Numbered from the stretch's first letter, positions 1 to 13,509 are shown. The stretch is DNA of 64,000 nt from Eledone cirrhosa (GCA_964016885.1 OZ024752.1:24862001-24926000), one strand, 5' to 3'. Made by a program: numbers and translations. Notes: generated by a model not told the origin, from the sequence alone.

Positions 1-199
1 AGAAAATAGCAGCCAAATAACACTCAACTGTCTTGCATTACCTGGGGTGATAGAGGGATGCTCAATAACATACTACATCAGAAATGTTGATGTTGTCAAA
101 TAGAGGCCAAACAAAAGTCTGAAAGTTCTGACATAGATTTAAAATTAATTCAAAAACATTAGTAATCAGAAGAAGAAGGGAGGAAGGTGCAAGTGCCAA

Positions 200-600
200 A
201 CTCGCTGTCTTCAATTCGGTATTCATGCCAGCCCTTACTTAGTGTCATGAAACTTGGGTAATGACCAAAAGAATATGATCGTGAATACAAGTGACTGAAA
301 TGGGCTAACTCTGAAAAGTCTTTGGAGTAACATTACTAGATAACATGCATATCTCAGAGATCAGAGAGTCACTCCAGATAGAGCTGCTATCTCTCCGAAT
401 TAAGAGATCATAGCTCCGATACTATGGACATGTGGTTAGAATGTCTCAGGAAATAATCGCCAGACAGATTTTATGGGCAAAACCAAGCGGCAAGAGACCC
501 AGGGGTAGACTCCGAGGAAGATGGTTGGATAACATCCATAAGCTTTGGCTTGTCTCACTTGGGGATCCAGGCGGATCAGCTGGAGGGAGTGTTTGAGGAC
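200..600 (+). mobile_element. Degraded 3' fragment of an RTE-clade LINE (distinct family)
   Basis: Hand translation with stops gives ...HETWVMTKRI...LRYYGHVVRM...PSGKRPRGRLRGRWLD, the typical RTE C-terminal region. Confidence 0.7.
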
Positions 601-699
601 TCAACAACCCTCTCAGAATAAGTGGACAAAGAAGAGATAGAAGAATAGATCAGAGAGAGATTTTAATTTCAAATGGAAATATATTTGTAAAAATGGCCA

Positions 700-1260
700 G
701 CAATGTTTGGAGTCTATAAAACTGCCAAGTATTCACAGCTGATATTGGAGGAAAATACATTTAGATTTGTAAGAGGAAGGATGTCTCATGTTTCACAGTT
801 AAAAACTTTCCTTCCAGTGTTTGTCTAAGTAACTGTTAGAGAAAAGAGATTTCCCACATATTTCACAATGGAAGAGTTTCTCTCCAGTGTGTTCTTTTGT
901 GTTCAATCAAATCAGTTACTGCCAAAATATTTCCCACACATTTCACAGAGACAGGGTTTTTCTCCTATGTGACTATGTAAGTGCCTAACAAGTTTAGTTT
1001 TCTCAGTGAAAGATTTCCCACATATTTCACAGTGACAGGGTTTGTCTTTAATATGTATGTGTTTGTCTGTAGATAATTCATCTTCTGATAAAGAAAGTTT
1101 TCCTACAAGTTTCACAGCTATATTCAGGAATATTTCTGTGCAATGATCCTTTTTCAGTACATGTTTCACAAGGTAAAGGTTTCTCACCACGGTATGTCTG
1201 TGTAACTGTATCTATATTGGTAGAAAGAGGTGTGGTAGAAATGTCCAAGTGTTTAACGTT
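700..1260 (-). pseudogene. Degenerate C2H2 zinc-finger array remnant
   Basis: ORF 912-1190 contains CHCEICGKSFTEKTKLVRHLHSHIGEKPCLCEMCGK. Further broken fingers flank it (GEKPLPCETC at ~1190; FHCEICGK at ~860). Confidence 0.7.
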
Positions 1261-1426
1261 CTTTAAAATTTCAGAAAATAGATATGACTGTGTAAGACTG
1301 ATGTTGGGGTGAGAAAATATGTGTGTGTGTATATATAAATATATAATAATAATAATAAATGTGAAGACTAAAATCCAAAGAGGGCTGGATAAGGATAAAT
1401 ATATAAGAACCCGAGAGCAAATATTC

Positions 1427-1555
1427 ATTAAATAACAGATTAAAGTTTAAGCAAAGAATCGCTACTTTCCCCCTTAACGGGATCTTCTGAAACTCAAGAT
1501 CCCGTTAAGGGTGAAAGCAGCGATTCTTTGCTTAAACTTTAATCTGTTATTTAAT
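1427..1555. repeat. Fold-back hairpin, ~60-bp arms; same family as 56048-56220
   Basis: taaataacagattaaagtttaagcaaagaatcgct...cttaacgggatctt followed by its near-perfect reverse complement aagatcccgttaag...aatctgttattta. Confidence 0.9.
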
Positions 1556-1765
1556 AAATATATATTTGTTTTGCAAGGTGTCTATATTTATATCTGTATT
1601 TTTAACCCCTGGTCAATCGATGATAAACATTGATTGCCAGATAAATTAACTATAAGGATTTAAAAGATACAGAAGCGAAAACCAACCCAATCCAAACAGT
1701 GAGTGTGTTCTATTATTATTCTGGCAATATTATAACAATATGACCCTCCCCAAATATAACAATAT

Positions 1766-3912
1766 TTTTACGTCACAACTTACTGCAGGCTACTGAAGAA
1801 ACTTGTGGCTGGAGCAGAGCTCCAACCAGACAGAGAGTGACCTGGTAGTGGAACAGCACAGTAGATAAGGCCATTAGAGACAAAAGACTAGCATGGAAGG
1901 CTTGGAAAAAGGGTGGGAGTAGAGAAGGATATACAGCCGCTAAGAGAGAAGCTAGATTTCAGGTGTACTTAGCACGCAGGGAGGCTGAGAGTAGGAGATT
2001 TGCCAATGTTCTGCAATGGGAAGATCAGAGGCGTGCGGTGTTCCACATTGCAAGGCAGTGTGTCAGTGTAAATCGGGATGTTGTTGGAGATAAATGTGTC
2101 CGGTATGATGTCGGTGTACTTAGTGTCATGAATGATCAGAAAAAGGAGGCCTGGAAATGTCATTATGAGAGACTGATGAATGTGGAGAACGAATGAAGAG
2201 AGAGAAATTACCCACAATAGATCCGACAGAGGGACCAGCTTTTGAGATTGACGAATATAGGGTCCAAGAGGCGATTAAGAAAATGTAAAATGGTAAGGTT
2301 GCTGGACCATTGGGGATAGTTGCTGAGATGCTGAAGGCATCAGGGGACATAGGCACTAAACTGGTTGCACGCATCATCAATCAGGCTATTTATGGTGGTG
2401 TCAGCAGTTTTCACATAAATTGCTACAAAGGTAAAGGGAATGCTCTGAAGAGGAGCAATTATAGGGGTATCAAACTGATGGATCAGGTTATGAAAGTGGC
2501 AGAAAGGATATTAGCACAACTAATTAGAGAAAGGGTCAAACTAGATGAGATGCAGTTTGGTTTTGTGCCTGGGAAGAGTACAACAGATGCTCTCTTCTTG
2601 GTGAGACAATTACAAGAGAGGTTCTTAGAGAAAAGTAAGCCACTATACTTAGCCTTTGTTGACCTAGAGAAAGCCTTTGATAGGGTACCCCAATCTGTCA
2701 TCGGGTAGTCCCTAAGGAAACTAGGTGTTGAGGAATGGCTTGTGAGTACAGTACAAACTTTGTACAGAGGTACTGACAGTAAAGTCAGGGTAGGAATGGA
2801 GTTTAGTGAGGAATTCCAGATACAAGTAGGAGTACATCAAGGTTCAGTCCTCAGCCCGCTCTTGTTTATTATAGTCCTCCATGGCTGTCCATGGGAACTT
2901 CTCTATGCTGACGATCGGGTTCTTATAGCAGAATCAGTAGAGGAGCTAGAGAATAAATTCTGGCTATAGAAACAGCAGTTGGAAGCAAGAGGACTGAGAG
3001 TGAACCTAGCTAAGACAAAAGTGTTGATGAGTAGAAAAGAGGACAAGACTCTGATTCCGTCAAGGAAATGGCGATGTTCGATATGCTGAAAGGGAATTGG
3101 CATAAATTCTATAAAATGCACACAATGCAGATCCAGGGTACACAAGAGATGTAGCGGGATAGCAGGCAAACTAACAGGTACGGAGAAATACATATGCAGT
3201 AGATGAACAGGGAAATTAGACAATAGAAGTCGCATTGATAGACACATTTTTCAAATGCAGGCGGGTGCTATAGAAGTGGTGGATAGCTTCCGGTACCTAG
3301 GTGATCAGATTAGCATGGGAAGGGGCGGGGGGGGGGGGGGGTTCCAAGGCCATAGTATCTAGAATAAGGACGGGTTGGAAGAAGTTTAGGGAGCTGCTTC
3401 CTCTGTTGATGAAGAAGAGTTTCTCCCTGTGTACGAAAGGCTGGATATATGATGCCTGTGTGAGGAACGTGATGCTGCATGGTAGTGAGACATGGGCAGC
3501 AACTGCAGAGGATATGCGACGGCTGGAGAGAAATGAGGCAAGCATGCTCCGTTGGATGTGCAATGTCAATGTGCGTGAACGACCCAGCATAAATGTGTTG
3601 AGAGAGAAACTGTGTCTGAGAGGGATAGAATGTAGTGTGTGAGAGAGGAGACTGAGGTGGTATGGACATGTGATGCGCATGGAGGATGACCGATGGGTGA
3701 AGAAGTGCCAGGAAATACCAGTTGAAGGAAGACGTGGTAGAGGTAGACCACGAAAAACATGGGCAGAGGTGGTGAGAACAGACCTCAGATCACTGAAGCT
3801 CACGGTGGAGATGACGAAGGACCGTGACAAGTGGAGAGATGTTGTGCTAAATAAGACCCGTCCCACCCTTACAAGCAGGGAAAAGAGGACGTAAAATGAT
3901 GATGATGATGAT
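1766..3912 (+). mobile_element. RTE LINE family 1, 5'-truncated, disrupted
   Basis: RT motifs [39 protein letters not shown] and LYADD. The 3' end is gacgtaaaa(tga)n. Many stops and frameshifts. Confidence 0.95.
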
Positions 3913-3969
3913 GTTTTTCTTTATATATTAATCATCTTTTAACATATATATGTGTATATAAAATATATA

Positions 3970-4044
3970 CAGGGTCTCCCCAAAAATGTATACACACTTC
4001 AACTACAGTCTATGTAAGTGTGTATACATTTTTTGAGGACACTG
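3970..4044. mobile_element. Tiny Tc1/mariner-type MITE (second copy at 5076-5153)
   Basis: TA|cagggtctccccaaaaatgtatacacac...gtgtgtatacattttttgaggacactg|TA: imperfect TIRs with TA flanks. Confidence 0.7.
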
Positions 4045-4389
4045 TAATATACATATCATTAAACGTGTCTCCTACATGTGTATAAATAAATATACATGTA
4101 TTTTATTAACAATTTTGTGTAGAATCTGTTAAGCATGGAAGAAAATGTGGAGACTAAATAAAATTAACGTGTTGGTCACATTAACTTAATAATATAACTA
4201 TATATTAATGAAATATATCGAAATAAAAGTTGTAATTGTGACAAAAATATAGATTCAGTAGTTTATTATGACCAAGATTGAATATTTAATGGAATTAAGT
4301 GGAATTTATTAGGAAATAAGACAATAAAACAGTGAAATGTTGAGGTTAAAAGAGAGAAAAACAAAATGTCCTCTCTTTATAAACTTTAA

Positions 4390-4466
4390 TGTGGCTGAAT
4401 TAGTAGCAGCTCGGCTTACTAACCTCAGCTCTCTCATCTTACAAGGATTCGAATCTCACGTAGTTC
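4390..4466 (+). other. tRNA-like head (degenerate SINE head or tRNA pseudogene)
   Basis: A-box-like gtggctgaattagt and B-box-like ggattcgaatctc; no clean cloverleaf. Confidence 0.35.
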
Positions 4467-4754
4467 ACTATAGTGTCTACAGAGTTATCTCCTACTGCTT
4501 TTATATAGTATCACTGTTTACTGTAAAGAGGTCGCTACAATCATTTACTAGTGTGAGCAGTCTGGCTTACTAACGCCAGGACTAAAGTGTTACATGGTTC
4601 CAACATGACTCCCTTTACTATAGTGTCTACAGAGTTATCGCCTACTGCTTTTATATAGTATCACTGTTTACGCTACAGAGGGCGCTACAATCATTTACTA
4701 GTGTGAGCAGTCTGGCTTACTAACGCCAGGACTAAAGTGTTACATGGTTCCAAC
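4467..4754. repeat. Tandem duplication, ~150-bp unit x2
   Basis: actatagtgtctacagagttatc...gtgttacatggttccaac occurs twice. Confidence 0.9.
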
Positions 4755-5265
4755 CGGGATGGTTCCTTAATTTTTAAAAAGAGTTATCACACATAGTCTC
4801 TCAGAGTTTCTTAGTTTACTAGAAAGGTGGCGTGGCGATCTGCTTTTATGAGGAGTGAGAGAGATAGAAAGACAAAACTGTGTTAATTCTCTCTCCCCCT
4901 CTCTTCTTTTACTCTATCTACCACTTATGTCTTCATTTCACTGTTTGATTGTCTTATTTCCTAATTCCACTTAATTCCATTAAATATTCAATCTTGGTCG
5001 AAATAAATATTTTCATCTGTGACGATCTGTACAACCAATAATAGTAGGAGTAACGTTACATGATATGTTTATATACAGGGTATCCCTAAAATATGTATAC
5101 ACATTTACATAGACTGTAGTTGAAGTGTGTATACATTTTTTGGAGAGGCCCTGTATATATTTTATATATACATATATATATATTAAAAGATGATTGATAT
5201 ATAAATATAAACATATATATATATATATATACACTCATATGTATATTTATTTATAAATATACATA

Positions 5266-7201
5266 TCATCATCATCATCATCATCATCGTTTAACGTCCA
5301 TATTCCACGCTTGCATGGGTTTGGACGGGAGTTTTCCCACTTGAGGCAAGAGTGGTTGTCTTGCTCGCATAGGACTGTCTGGCGGGTTTTCTACAGCTGG
5401 ATGCCCTTCCTAACACCAACCACATTTACAGTGTGGGACTGGGAGGTTTTTACCGTGTTACCTACACGGCCACATTACAGCGTGGACTGTGTGTTTTTTT
5501 TTGTTGTGACACCTACACGACCTCATTTGTTTCGGCCTGGATGTTGTGGCACCAACATAACTTTACATTGAAAGGGGCGGTGTGGATGGGGTGGGGGTGG
5601 TGGGACGGGGGTGTATTTTGTTAGAGGTGCCTACTGACTGTAGTAGGTTTTACTTTGTATTTAGGTAAGGCGGGTCTTCTCTATTACTGAGTACCGCCAA
5701 AGATCTCGGTCCAGTGACATTGTCTTGGAGAGGTGTGTGTGAGGTCGGAATTTATCAAGTCGTCCCAGGTTTTTCTGGGTCTGCCTACTCCGTGGCTACT
5801 GTCTATCTTTATTGCCCTGCACTTTTTTTTATACAGCTGTCGTCTTTCATGCGCATCACGTGGACCATACCAACGTAGCCTTCTCTCGAGTAAACAACAT
5901 CTGATCCCTCTTATTTCTAATTTTTCCTTTAGTTCGTTAATGCTTTGCCGTTCACGTATATTACTATTACATATCCAGCGAAGCATGCAAGCTTCGTTCC
6001 TCTCTAGTCTGCGTATATCCTCTGCACACAATGCCCAGGTCTCACTGCCATGCAACATTGCTGTTCATATGCAGGCATCATACAACCTGCCTTTCATTTT
6101 TAGGGAGAACCCTTTAGCGGCTAATAGTGGTATAAGCTCTCTGAACTTTTTCCATCCAGTTCTGACTCTAGCTACTGTACTTTCAGAGCACCCTCCCCCA
6201 CTGCTGATTTTGTCACCCAGGTAACGGAAGCTGTCCACTATTTCTATAGAACCCTCTACGCAATTGAAAGAGCTAGTATTTTGTGGGCACTTGCTGCTAC
6301 TTATTGCACCAGAGCACCGGCCACATGTAAAATCTATGTTCTTAGTTAGCTTACCTGTGATCCCACTACATCTTTTATGAACCCATACTTTGCATTTGGG
6401 ACATAAAATGGAGTTTCTACCTACGCCTTTCCTACACACTGAGCATGGCCATTTCCCGGAAGGGACCGGCGCCTTATTTTCTTTCCTACAAACTAGAACT
6501 TTAGTCTTAGACAGGTTAATTTTAAGGCCTTCTGATTCTAGGCCTTGCTTCCATGTTTGGAATTTCTTCTCTAGCTTGGCCATTGATTCAGCTATGAGCG
6601 TTAGATATTCTGCGTATAGGAGTTCCCATGGGCAGCCGGTCTTGAACTCCACTGTTATAGCCTGAAGGGCAATAATAAATAGTAGGGGGCTAAGGACGGA
6701 GCCCTGATGAACACCAACTTTTATGCTAAACTCTTCACTATATTCGTTGTTAATTCTAATCTTGCTGACTGTTTCTTTATACATGGCTTGTATAGCTCTC
6801 ACAAGCCATTCGTCAACACCTAGTTTTCTAAGAGCCCACCAGATAATGGAACGGGGGACTCTGTCAAAGGCTTTCTCCAAGTCGACAAAAGCTAAGTATA
6901 GGGGTTTACTTTTAGCTAGGTACTTCTCCTGTCGTTGTCGTACAATGAAAAGAGCGTCTGTCGTACTTTTGCCTGACACAAACCCGAACTGCATTTCATC
7001 TAGATCAATTCTCTCTCTGATTAGTTGCGCTATTACTTTTTCCGTGACCTTCATGACCTGGTCGATTAATTTAATGCCTCTATAGTTACTCCTATCTAGG
7101 GCATCTCCTTTACCCTTGTAACAGATAATGATGATGCTGCTACACCAGTCCTTCAGAACAACCCCATTCTGTATGACTTGGTTTACTATCCGGGTGACCA
7201 T
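5266..7201 (-). mobile_element. RTE LINE family 2, 5'-truncated
   Basis: The RT part of ORF 6065-7351 is nearly identical to the 34.1-35.2 kb copy. It shares the ~400-bp 3' extension and has a (cat)n tail at 5266-5290. Confidence 0.95.
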
Positions 7202-7677
7202 TACGTGTATACATCTGAAAATGTATATATGTATGCAAAGATATACGTAAACATACATGTATACATATAGATGGACAGTTATGCATATACAATAACTTAT
7301 TTCTATACATACATATACCACAAGTAAGGCATGGTGCTGCCAACTAACCAAACCTCCCTCATAATGGACCAGCTAGATCCCAAAATACAGGCCTGCTTGC
7401 CAACACACAGTCCCAATACGTGTAAGTTACAGCGCAGCTATCTGGACAGACTTGTCTTAAGACTACACACTATCCCACTACATCTTTTGTATACTATATA
7501 TATACTGTTTATATATATATATATATACTATATATATACTGTTTATATATATATATATATACTATATATATATATACTGTTTATATATATATATATACAC
7601 ACATATAATTGTGTATTCACACATTATCTTAGTAATGAAATAATTAATAATTTTAGTAAATTGTTCAAACTTCTTCA

Positions 7678-7900
7678 TTAACCCTTTTGGTAGAAAACCA
7701 GCCAAAATTAGTTCTCGTTCTATGGAAATGGTTCCTATCTAAATTAAAGTCTTCCAACAAAATTCTATATAACAACCATATGGTAAGTTACTATGTTAGT
7801 AATTAACTAACAATTGTGATAAATAGCTCAAAATTATTCATAATTAATTGAATTATAAGGTTCATAATTATAATAAAATCTTCGAATAGGCTACGAAACC
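7678..7900. mobile_element. Possible piggyBac-like MITE end (a related segment lies inverted at ~8830-8980)
   Basis: Starts ttaacccttt (TTAA + CCC terminus). The segments cttccaaca...tatacaa..ccat..gttaagttact and agtaatgaaataattaataatt recur at 8.84-8.96 kb. Confidence 0.35.
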
Positions 7901-8039
7901 GGTAAACCTGAAAGGTACACAACACACACACATTGCTATAGCGTTTCACCAGCCCCTTCCTTCCTGAATTATTACAGAGATGTGTGTGTATGTAATAATT
8001 ATTTGTATAATGTGTGTCTATTTATGAATATGTATGAGT

Positions 8040-8646
8040 AGATGTGTGTGTGTGTATCACAGTAGATGTGTGTGTAACACAGTAGATGTGTGTGTATATA
8101 ACTCAGTAGATGTATGTGTATGTAACACAGTAGATGTGTATATGTAACACAGTAGATGTGTGTTTGCATGTAACTCAGTAGATGTGTGTGTGTAACACGG
8201 TAGATGTGTGTATGTAACACAGTAGATGTGTATGTATGTAACACAGTAGATGTGTGTATGTAACACAGTACATGTGTGTGTATGTAACTCAGTAGATGTG
8301 TGTGTATGTAACTCAGTAGATGTGTGTATGTAACACAGTAGATGTGTGTATGTAACACAGTACATGTGTGTGTATGTAACTCAGTAGATGTGTGTATGTA
8401 ACTCAGTAGATGTGTGTATGTAACACAGTAGATTGTGTGTATGTAACATAGATGTGTGTGTGTGTAACACAGTAGATGTGTGTGTATGTAACAGTAGACG
8501 TGTGTGTATGTAACACAGTAGATGTGTGTGTATGTAACTCAGTAGATGTGTGTGTATGTAACACAGAAGATGTGTGTATGTAACAGTAGATGTGTGTGTA
8601 TGTAACACAGTGTGTGTATGTAACACAGTAGATGTGTGTATGTAAC
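8040..8646. repeat. Minisatellite, ~22-26-bp unit (tgtaacacagtagatgtgtgta)
   Basis: More than 20 tandem copies visible; the His/Thr-rich ORFs here are artefacts of the repeat. Confidence 0.95.
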
Positions 8647-9271
8647 TAAAGTGTAACGTACGTTACAAATGGACGACAAAATGATTTTAACTTGTTTTTT
8701 AACAATTGATGGTGGAAAAGATTTTAAATTGTCTCACCTCAGACCATAAAGGGCCGCAACACATGGAGTCTGACACTCTTACCGGCTACATGGCCTGGGC
8801 GTCTATTTTACCGCGACCGGCTACATAGCATCTTCCTAAAATCTTCCAACATAATTTTATACAAGAACCACATGTTAAGTTACTAATAAAATAATTAATA
8901 AATAAAAACATTAGTAAGTCCTTCAAATGATATCTCAGTAATGAAATAATTAATAATTGTTATAAATACCTCATTAATTAAACCCAAGACAGGTAAAAAC
9001 TCCAGAGTCTTTCAGTCAGACATGAAACAAATTAATTTCTAATGGAAGAAAAGATTTTAAAATCAGCCAAGGGAGATCACTCTCAGCGAATTATTGTAAA
9101 TCTCGTTCGTGAATTAATCCGGGTTAAATTATTCTGGTGTATTTTGTGTGGAGGTCACCGGGTTTACGCGGTGATAGCGCGTAATTTAAGAATGTATGGT
9201 TCGTGAGTTCGAATCCCAGACCGGGCGGTCTTGTTTTGTCTCGCTGAATCGCCCTGAGAACTGCGTATATA

Positions 9272-9806
9272 CTAGTGACTATCAGACATGGGGAGTCTAG
9301 GACTACATTATCTAATGTACAGTATAGTAGTTAGTATTAGTAGCTATCAGACATAGTGTATCTAGGACTACATTATCTAATGTACAGTACAGTAGTTAGT
9401 ATTAGTAGCTATCAGACATAGTGTATCTAAGACTACATTATCTAATGTACGTACAGTAGTTAGTATTAGTGACTATCAGACAGTGTATCTCGGACTGCAT
9501 TATCTAATGTACAGTATAGTAGTTAGTATTAGTGGCTCTCAGACATAGTGTATCTAGGACTACATTATCTAATGTACAGTATAGTAGTTAGTATTGGTGG
9601 CTCTCAGACATAGTGTATCTAGGACTACATTATCTAATCTACAGTACAGTAGTTTGTATTAGTGGCTGTGTGACATAGTGGTGTATCATAGTGGTGTATC
9701 TAGGACTACATTATCTAATGTACAGTAGTTAGTATTATTGGCTATCAGATACAGTGTATCAAGGACTACATTAGCTAATGTACAGTATAGTATTTACTAT
9801 TAGTGG
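9272..9806. repeat. Minisatellite, ~63-bp unit
   Basis: gtgtatctaggactacattatctaatgtacagtatagtagttagtattagtggctatcagacata repeated about 8 times. Confidence 0.95.
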
Positions 9807-9919
9807 TAATGTTGTTATATATATTTTCATGTATATAATTACTGTATCGTTGAAAGGTTCACATAATTATATTATATTATTTACACACATTAATATAGAC
9901 ATTAAGTAAATCTTTGTCA

Positions 9920-9930
9920 ACTTACCTCCT
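9920..9930 (-). promoter_or_regulatory. Putative 5' splice donor of a non-coding upstream exon (paralog at 29296-29306)
   Basis: The minus strand reads GAG|GTAAGT, a perfect donor consensus, inside a duplicated block upstream of a ZF array. Confidence 0.45.
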
Positions 9931-10351
9931 TCAAATATAATCAATGTGTTGTGTTGTTAGTTTTTACTAAACAACCAAAGAAATAATCTCTTTGTTATCA
10001 AATTAGAAGTTTCAAAGATGTTATCAGCTTTATTTCACGACATTAACGTTGGTGTATCTTCTTCATCTTTAGTCATAAATTGATATCTTGTCAGAATGAA
10101 GTAGTGATGCTGACTTTATGTCTAGCTACAGATTTGATAGGAAATATATATATATTAGGTTGATATGTGGTCTAAAGTATATATATTGTCTATAAATGAC
10201 TGATAGCAGATGTTCTGGTGAAATAGTAGTTTTACTACTACAGATTGTAATGGAACTCTTAGTAGACACAATTGTAAAGTAAAAATAGATATGACAGTGT
10301 AAGTCCGATGTCGGGGATAGAAAATTGTGTGTGTGTATGTATATATATATA

Positions 10352-10692
10352 TGGAGGCACATGGATTAGTGGTTAGAGCCTTGCAATCGAAAGGTTGTGC
10401 GTTCAATTCTCAGACCGGGTGATGTGTTGTTTCCTTGAGCAAGACACTTTATTTCACATTGCTCCAGTTTACTCAGCTGTAGAAATGAGATGATAGGGAC
10501 TGGGGTCCATATCATTCCACTGCAAAGTGGTCATGGAGGTGCCACGGCAAAAAAGCACCCAGCACTCACTGTAAATGAGGTTGGTGTTAGGAAGGGCATC
10601 CAGCTGTAGAAATCAAGCCAGAATCAGTTCCCGTCCCACCCTTGCAAGCAGGGAAAAGCGGACGTAAAATGATGATGATGATAAAATGATGA

Positions 10693-10697
<5 letters not shown>
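10352..10697 (+). mobile_element. tRNA-derived SINE with CORE-like centre, RTE-5'UTR-like module and RTE family 1 tail
   Basis: A box tggattagtgg, B box gttcaattc, ccttgagcaagacactt, then gttaggaagggcatccagctgtagaaa. It ends cccttgcaagcagggaaaagcggacgtaaaa(tga)n, as in RTE family 1. Confidence 0.85.
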
Positions 10698-10732
<35 letters not shown>

Positions 10733-11204
10733 GTTGCACAAGATAAAATTAGATTAATTAAAATTATAATCAAGACAGCAGGTATGCGGTGTCGTTGAGA
10801 ATGTTTTAACTCTCGTACCGGTGTCATACATTAAAAGTCCCTGATATAATTGAATACCTTCAGACACAGTTCCAATCGTATTTAATTGATTGTAAATCAG
10901 AAAGTATCACTCAGTAAAATATCAATTATACATCAATAGAAAACCTCTATGTAGTCTCTCTTACTGCTAGAAATAGCAGTCATATTATCCATTACAACTT
11001 AGTTATACAATCAACAGCAAATCTTTTGTACAGACTTCAGAATAAACTGGAAGACCGTCAGACTATCATTCTCCCTCTTGTATATATATATATATATATA
11101 TATATATTTAGGTTTGTTGGTTCACCATTTAATATAACTGGTCATTCCGTATAGTCAACGTAATCCTATATTTCAGGTTATTGTTATCATGACTCTTTAT
11201 TATT

Positions 11205-11505
11205 TGGCAGTATCAGTAGAGAGTTGGATGCCATGTTTTCCAGCATAGTTACGTCCCTTTACAGTCTGAGTTCAAATCCCGTCGATGTTAACTTTGCCTT
11301 TCATCCTTACGGGATCGATAAAATAAAGTACCAGTAATGCACTGTGTAATTGCTGGCCTTATGCCAAAAGTAGAAACAATTATTTAAAATACCTCTGGCA
11401 ATGGATTGGCAGTATTGGTAGAGGGTCGGACGGCATGCTTTGAAGCATAGATTTACCTCTCTTTACGATCTGAGTTGAAATACCCTTTCATCCTTATGGG
11501 ATTGA
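11205..11505 (+). mobile_element. Two tandem copies of a second tRNA-SINE family (also at 30218-30695)
   Basis: ggcagtatcggtagag...gagttcaaatcc...ctttgcctttcatccttacgggatcgataaaataaagtaccag repeated. Confidence 0.65.
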
Positions 11506-11886
11506 TGACACCGGTATGAGAGTTGAATCATTCTCAATGACACCGAGTACCTGCTGTCTTCATTATAACTTTAATTAATCTAATGTCTGTCTTCATTATA
11601 ACTTTAATTAATCTAATTATATCTCTTGTGTAACAATTATATATATATATATAGACACAATTTTCTTTTGCCGACATCAGTCTTACACTGTCATATCTAT
11701 TCTTACTTTACAATTGTGTCTACTAAGAGTTCCATTACAATCTGTAGTAGTAAAACTATTATTTCACCAGAACATCTGCTATCAGTTATATATGTATATA
11801 CATATATATATGTATATAAAAGCTAAACAGAAATAACAACACAATCGGTACAGTATATCGGTACACTTGATATAGCAGGAAGAGGG

Positions 11887-11915
11887 TCTTTGGACGCTAG
11901 TCCTTCATCAGAAGA
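11887..11915 (-). ncRNA. Minimal hammerhead-like motif, degenerate (GAAAC deleted)
   Basis: The minus strand reads tctt CTGATGA a ggac-tagc-gtcc a aaga; homolog of 39350-39385. Confidence 0.4.
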
Positions 11916-12419
11916 AAGAATGAGAAATAAAATAGATTGAGGGGACGGGCAGGCTGGAATTGGAAAAAATGTCTTTAGATAAAAATATCTATGTAATGTA
12001 ATGTAATACAGCCAAACGGGCACATAATGGGAAAATACTTTGAAAGGAAGTTGACCCTGAAATGGGAATACAAATGGAATAAAACAAGTTTCGATAGCTG
12101 GAGGCTTAACCCTGCGATGGACTGGCATCCTGTCCAGGGAGGAGTCTTGTACTCTGAGTTGCTTAATATATACTTTATATAACACTGCAATGGACTGGTG
12201 TCCTGTTCAGGGGAGAGTCTTGTACTTTCAGTTGCTTAATATATACTTTACATAACCCTGCCATGAAACCGGGATAAGTAGCGGCCAAATGAGCCTTCTG
12301 GCTTAAGACAGACTTTAGATATATATATATATATTTATATCAAGCAAGAATTTGTTGGTGATTCCTCTCTCTTCCACAGAATCTCTGTATTGGATAAAAA
12401 GACTCAGTACAGTGTCTCC

Positions 12420-12642
12420 TTCATATGTTGGACTACCTCAACACTAACGATCCTCTCACAGGTAAGTACATATCCATCAAAGCTGGAGGTGAACTATCAA
12501 AGTACTTCAACATCTTTTTAACTGATTTATCATTACAGAAAAAAATCCCAGACATGTTCAAGAAAGCATTGATAGTTGTACTCTACAAAAAAGGTAGCAG
12601 ACTTGATTGTGGGAACTATTGTCCTATCAGCCTATTAATACT
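12420..12642 (+). mobile_element. LINE RT N-terminal fragment (paralog at 36672-36900)
   Basis: KAGGE...KIPDMFKKALIVVLYKKGSRLDCGNYCPISLL (NYRPISLL motif). Confidence 0.75.
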
Positions 12643-12829
12643 TTAGTGTTCAAACCAGCCAAAACCGGCCAGAATTCTCAACCCCTTTCTGTTGAAAGTG
12701 GCTGTAACTGGTCGCTCAAACTGATGTTATGGTATTGTTCTCGAAATAAATACTTTCAAATTCTCATAGATTCGATATTATGTAAGATTATTGAGACTTT
12801 GCTCTTCATGTATATTAATATTACACATC

Positions 12830-13222
12830 CATCGGAGAATTCAAGCTTCATTTCTATCCAATCTTCGGAGGTCCTCTGCACACACCGCCCACATCTCACT
12901 GCAATGCAGCATTGCTGTTCATATGCACACATCAATTTGATGAAACAACCTTTTGTAGCTAGCAGCAGTAGTAGCTCCCTAAACCTTTGCCATCTTGTTC
13001 TTACTCTGGTTTCTGTACTTTCAGAACACCTACCTCAACTGCTAATTTGGTAACCTAGGTAACAGAAACTGTCAACTGCTTCTATGGAACCCTTTATATA
13101 TTTGATAGAGCTTGTCTCCTAAAAGCGATTGCTGCTTACTGCTCCAGTGCAATGACCCCATGTAAAACCTACTTTGTTAGATAACTTACCATGTATCCCA
13201 CTAAATCTCTTGTGTACCCATA
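12830..13222 (-). mobile_element. Old RTE LINE fragment
   Basis: The reverse strand resembles WVHKR...VDSFCYLG.QISS.GGCSES...LRELLLLLATKG. Confidence 0.7.
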
Positions 13223-13509
13223 GTCTATTTAGTGTAAATAATGTTTCATACACATAACATGTATGTGTGACCATTGAGTCCACTTGTAGCACCACTGTTT
13301 ATTAGGGGAGGCACTTCTAAACAGACCCTTCCTTAGGCATGCTGACAAATATATTAAAAAGTTGTTTCCTCCAACACTTTTTACCCTAAACAGAGAGTTT
13401 CATATTGTCAAAAAGGGAGGTAAATCTTTAGTGGAGGAAATGTCAGGCTTAATTATATATGTAATTAGACACACATAGAAGTGGTTGATAGCTTTTGCAA
13501 TCGAGGTGA

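Larger units (their letters stand above)
3920..5205. repeat. Interrupted long inverted repeat (fold-back)
   Basis: 3920-4075 is the reverse complement of ~5045-5205, and 4262-4340 is the reverse complement of ~4935-5007. Confidence 0.8.
10195..11790. repeat. Long inverted repeat, ~300-bp arms, with the left arm split by a SINE
   Basis: 10198-10330 plus 10728-10827 are the reverse complement of 11505-11790. Confidence 0.85.
9855..12787. repeat. Segmental duplication block, copy 1
   Basis: 9855-12035 aligns by eye with 29236-31212, and 12095-12787 aligns with 36310-37047. Confidence 0.85.

Noticed and set aside
4390-4466. Functional tRNA gene
   Set aside because: The A and B boxes are degenerate and no full cloverleaf or acceptor stem can be formed.
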